Source: Ignavibacteriota bacterium
GTDB lineage: Bacteria; Bacteroidota; Ignavibacteria; UBA10030; CAVZMI01
Length of the DNA: 64,000 bases
Reading direction: 5' to 3'
Assembly: GCA_963776275.1 (NCBI GenBank)
Contig: CAVZMI010000003.1
Span: 1 to 64,000 of the forward strand
Below are positions 62,592 through 64,000 of this stretch, piece after piece. Made by a program: the position numbers and the translations under genes. The notes beneath the pieces are model-generated. The model was not told the origin of the DNA. It did no database searches and saw nothing but the letters and a program-made list of their open reading frames with translations. Positions within the stretch are counted from its first letter, which is position 1. Each line of letters opens with the position of its first letter.

Positions 62592-63520
62592 TTACCGTGA
62601 TCCGGCAGGAACCAGTGTAATTGGCATCCGTGAATTGCCGGGAACCATGCCTGCGTTCAGCACCGTCTTCTGGCCGGGAGCGCTCATTAAATATACTGTA
62701 AATCCGGCTGGTAATCCAGCGTCTTTATCAGTTGATAGGGCAAAGAGATCCCTTGTGAAGGGATAGACCCTTTTCCATAAATAAAACTGGTATGGGAAGA
62801 GGTCCGAGAATTTGACACAGAATCATATGAAACGGTTGCATCCCCGATTTTTAATTCTTTTACATTTAGATGCTCGGCTCCAGTGAGCCAGTTTATTCCC
62901 ACATAACCGATGGCGTTTTGATTCTCCTCGACATATTTAATCACCTGGTTACTGGTGGTACAAGGGATGAGGGTGCAATTCATTGTTTGACCGTTCAAAA
63001 GCGTTCGTGTGAGGATTTCGTATGTCGCAGTATTGACTCCGGTTATAGCGTGGGAAATGTGCCCGGTGAGATTCTGTTGGATCTGCCTCCATTCGGTTGT
63101 TTTTCCTCTGAACATCGCGGTAATTTGCTGTGTCGTCAGTGAATCAAGCGCACTCTTTTCGTTTGCGATTACCGCAATGGCATCTATGCCGAAACGGATT
63201 GAGTTGACAGTAATTTTATTCTGTCGAATCACGAGCTGTTCTTCAGGATTAAGATCGCGTGCGACAATTGCCAGTTTTGTTTCACCATTAATTAATCGGA
63301 CAATTGCATCGCGGTCCGTGGTTGCTCTGAGATTGATTTTTGCATTCGGATAGACTTTCTGAAAATCACGTACCTGTTGTTCCATCATCGGCAATATTGA
63401 TTCCGAAACAAAAATAGTTGCCTCACCACTTGAATATGTTTCCTTTCGCTCTTTTCCGCAGCCTAAAAGTAGGAGTGAAGAAACGATCAAAAAAATCCAC
63501 CATGTTCCGTGCCCGTTCAT
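62592..63520 (-). CDS. PstS-like substrate-binding lipoprotein (frameshifted C-terminus)
   Basis: Lipobox LLLGC; DAIAVIAN and NAIGYVG. The C-terminus continues in another frame (GFTVYLMSAPGQKTVLNAGMVP). Confidence 0.75.
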
Positions 63521-63534
63521 ATCAATTCTCCCCG

Positions 63535-63741
63535 TTATGATATTGGAAATTTTGTCCGTGTTGCAATTCCACGGTAAAGAGCCCATAAAAGTAACACAGT
63601 ACCCAGCAGCCAACGTAATTCGCCTGGAAGCGTTATCGGATAACCGACCAGCACCGATATTCCAAGGATTGCGAACAGCATTGCGATTGAATAATTTATA
63701 ATTTTCAACCACCTAACGGGCTTTGTTCTCTCCGTATACAT
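63535..63741 (-). CDS. Small two-TM membrane protein
   Basis: 68 aa with two hydrophobic helices, lying inside the tonB-pstS operon. Confidence 0.55.
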   Translation of the reverse strand: MYTERTKPVRWLKIINYSIAMLFAILGISVLVGYPITLPGELRWLLGTVLLLWALYRGIATRTKFPIS

Positions 63742-63749
63742 ACATGATA

Positions 63750-64000
63750 TTATTGAAGTTTATATTTGAACGGTATTTTAACCCATGCCGGGCCAGGGCC
63801 GTTGTTCATCATTGCCGGTGTAAACCGATATTGCATGACGGCATCGATTGCAGACTGATTAAAAATTTCATGGCTCGTCCAAACAACGATGGCTTTTTTT
63901 ATTTTTCCTTCCTTATCAACTAATGCTTTAATAATAACTTTCCCCTCGATTTCAGATCGCCTGGCAATCTCAGGATAAACCGGCGGAATAGTATAGATAA
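63750..64000 (-). CDS. tonB: Energy transducer TonB, C-terminal domain (partial; missing from the ORF track)
   Basis: Manual translation gives PPVYPEIARRSEIEGKVIIKALVDKEG...AIDAVMQYRFTPA...VKIPFKYKLQ*. Confidence 0.85.
   Translation of the reverse strand, partial: IYTIPPVYPEIARRSEIEGKVIIKALVDKEGKIKKAIVVWTSHEIFNQSAIDAVMQYRFTPAMMNNGPGPAWVKIPFKYKLQ

Overview
This is a 64-kb, gene-dense chromosomal segment of mostly housekeeping genes. It probably comes from an Ignavibacteria/Chlorobi-side member of the FCB group. That placement is an inference from FCB-type gene content and synteny combined with canonical TTGACA/TATAAT-like promoters and GGAG ribosome-binding sites. Core genes include mutT plus an OGG2-type glycosylase, metF, a double-domain thyX, gpmA, etfAB, hisCD, speB, purA, secDF, a PpiD-like PPIase, aroKB, hflX, rnr, a TamB-like gene and a split hldE (rfaE1/rfaE2). 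Also present are a MacAB-type ABC exporter, two APC permeases, two Omp85-family fusion proteins and the end of a tonB-PstS-like-TPR operon. Accessory or notable loci are: (1) a metF-SxtJ-SxtK(DUF5989)-carbamoyltransferase operon; (2) a class D beta-lactamase; (3) an octaheme HAO-like cytochrome followed by an orphan ECF sigma factor; (4) three tandem paralogous small membrane proteins; (5) a stand-alone XRE/S24 repressor whose promoter carries a palindromic operator. The non-coding DNA contains a ~250-bp MITE-like element bounded by CTAG, a nested REP-like palindrome, two inverted heptamer-array cassettes and a structured, terminated leader upstream of mutT. At least nine genes carry frameshifts, including secD and secF, and these are most likely sequencing or assembly indels. 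No rRNA, tRNA, CRISPR array, integrase or transposase was recognised. No database searches were run, so family assignments rest on motif recognition.
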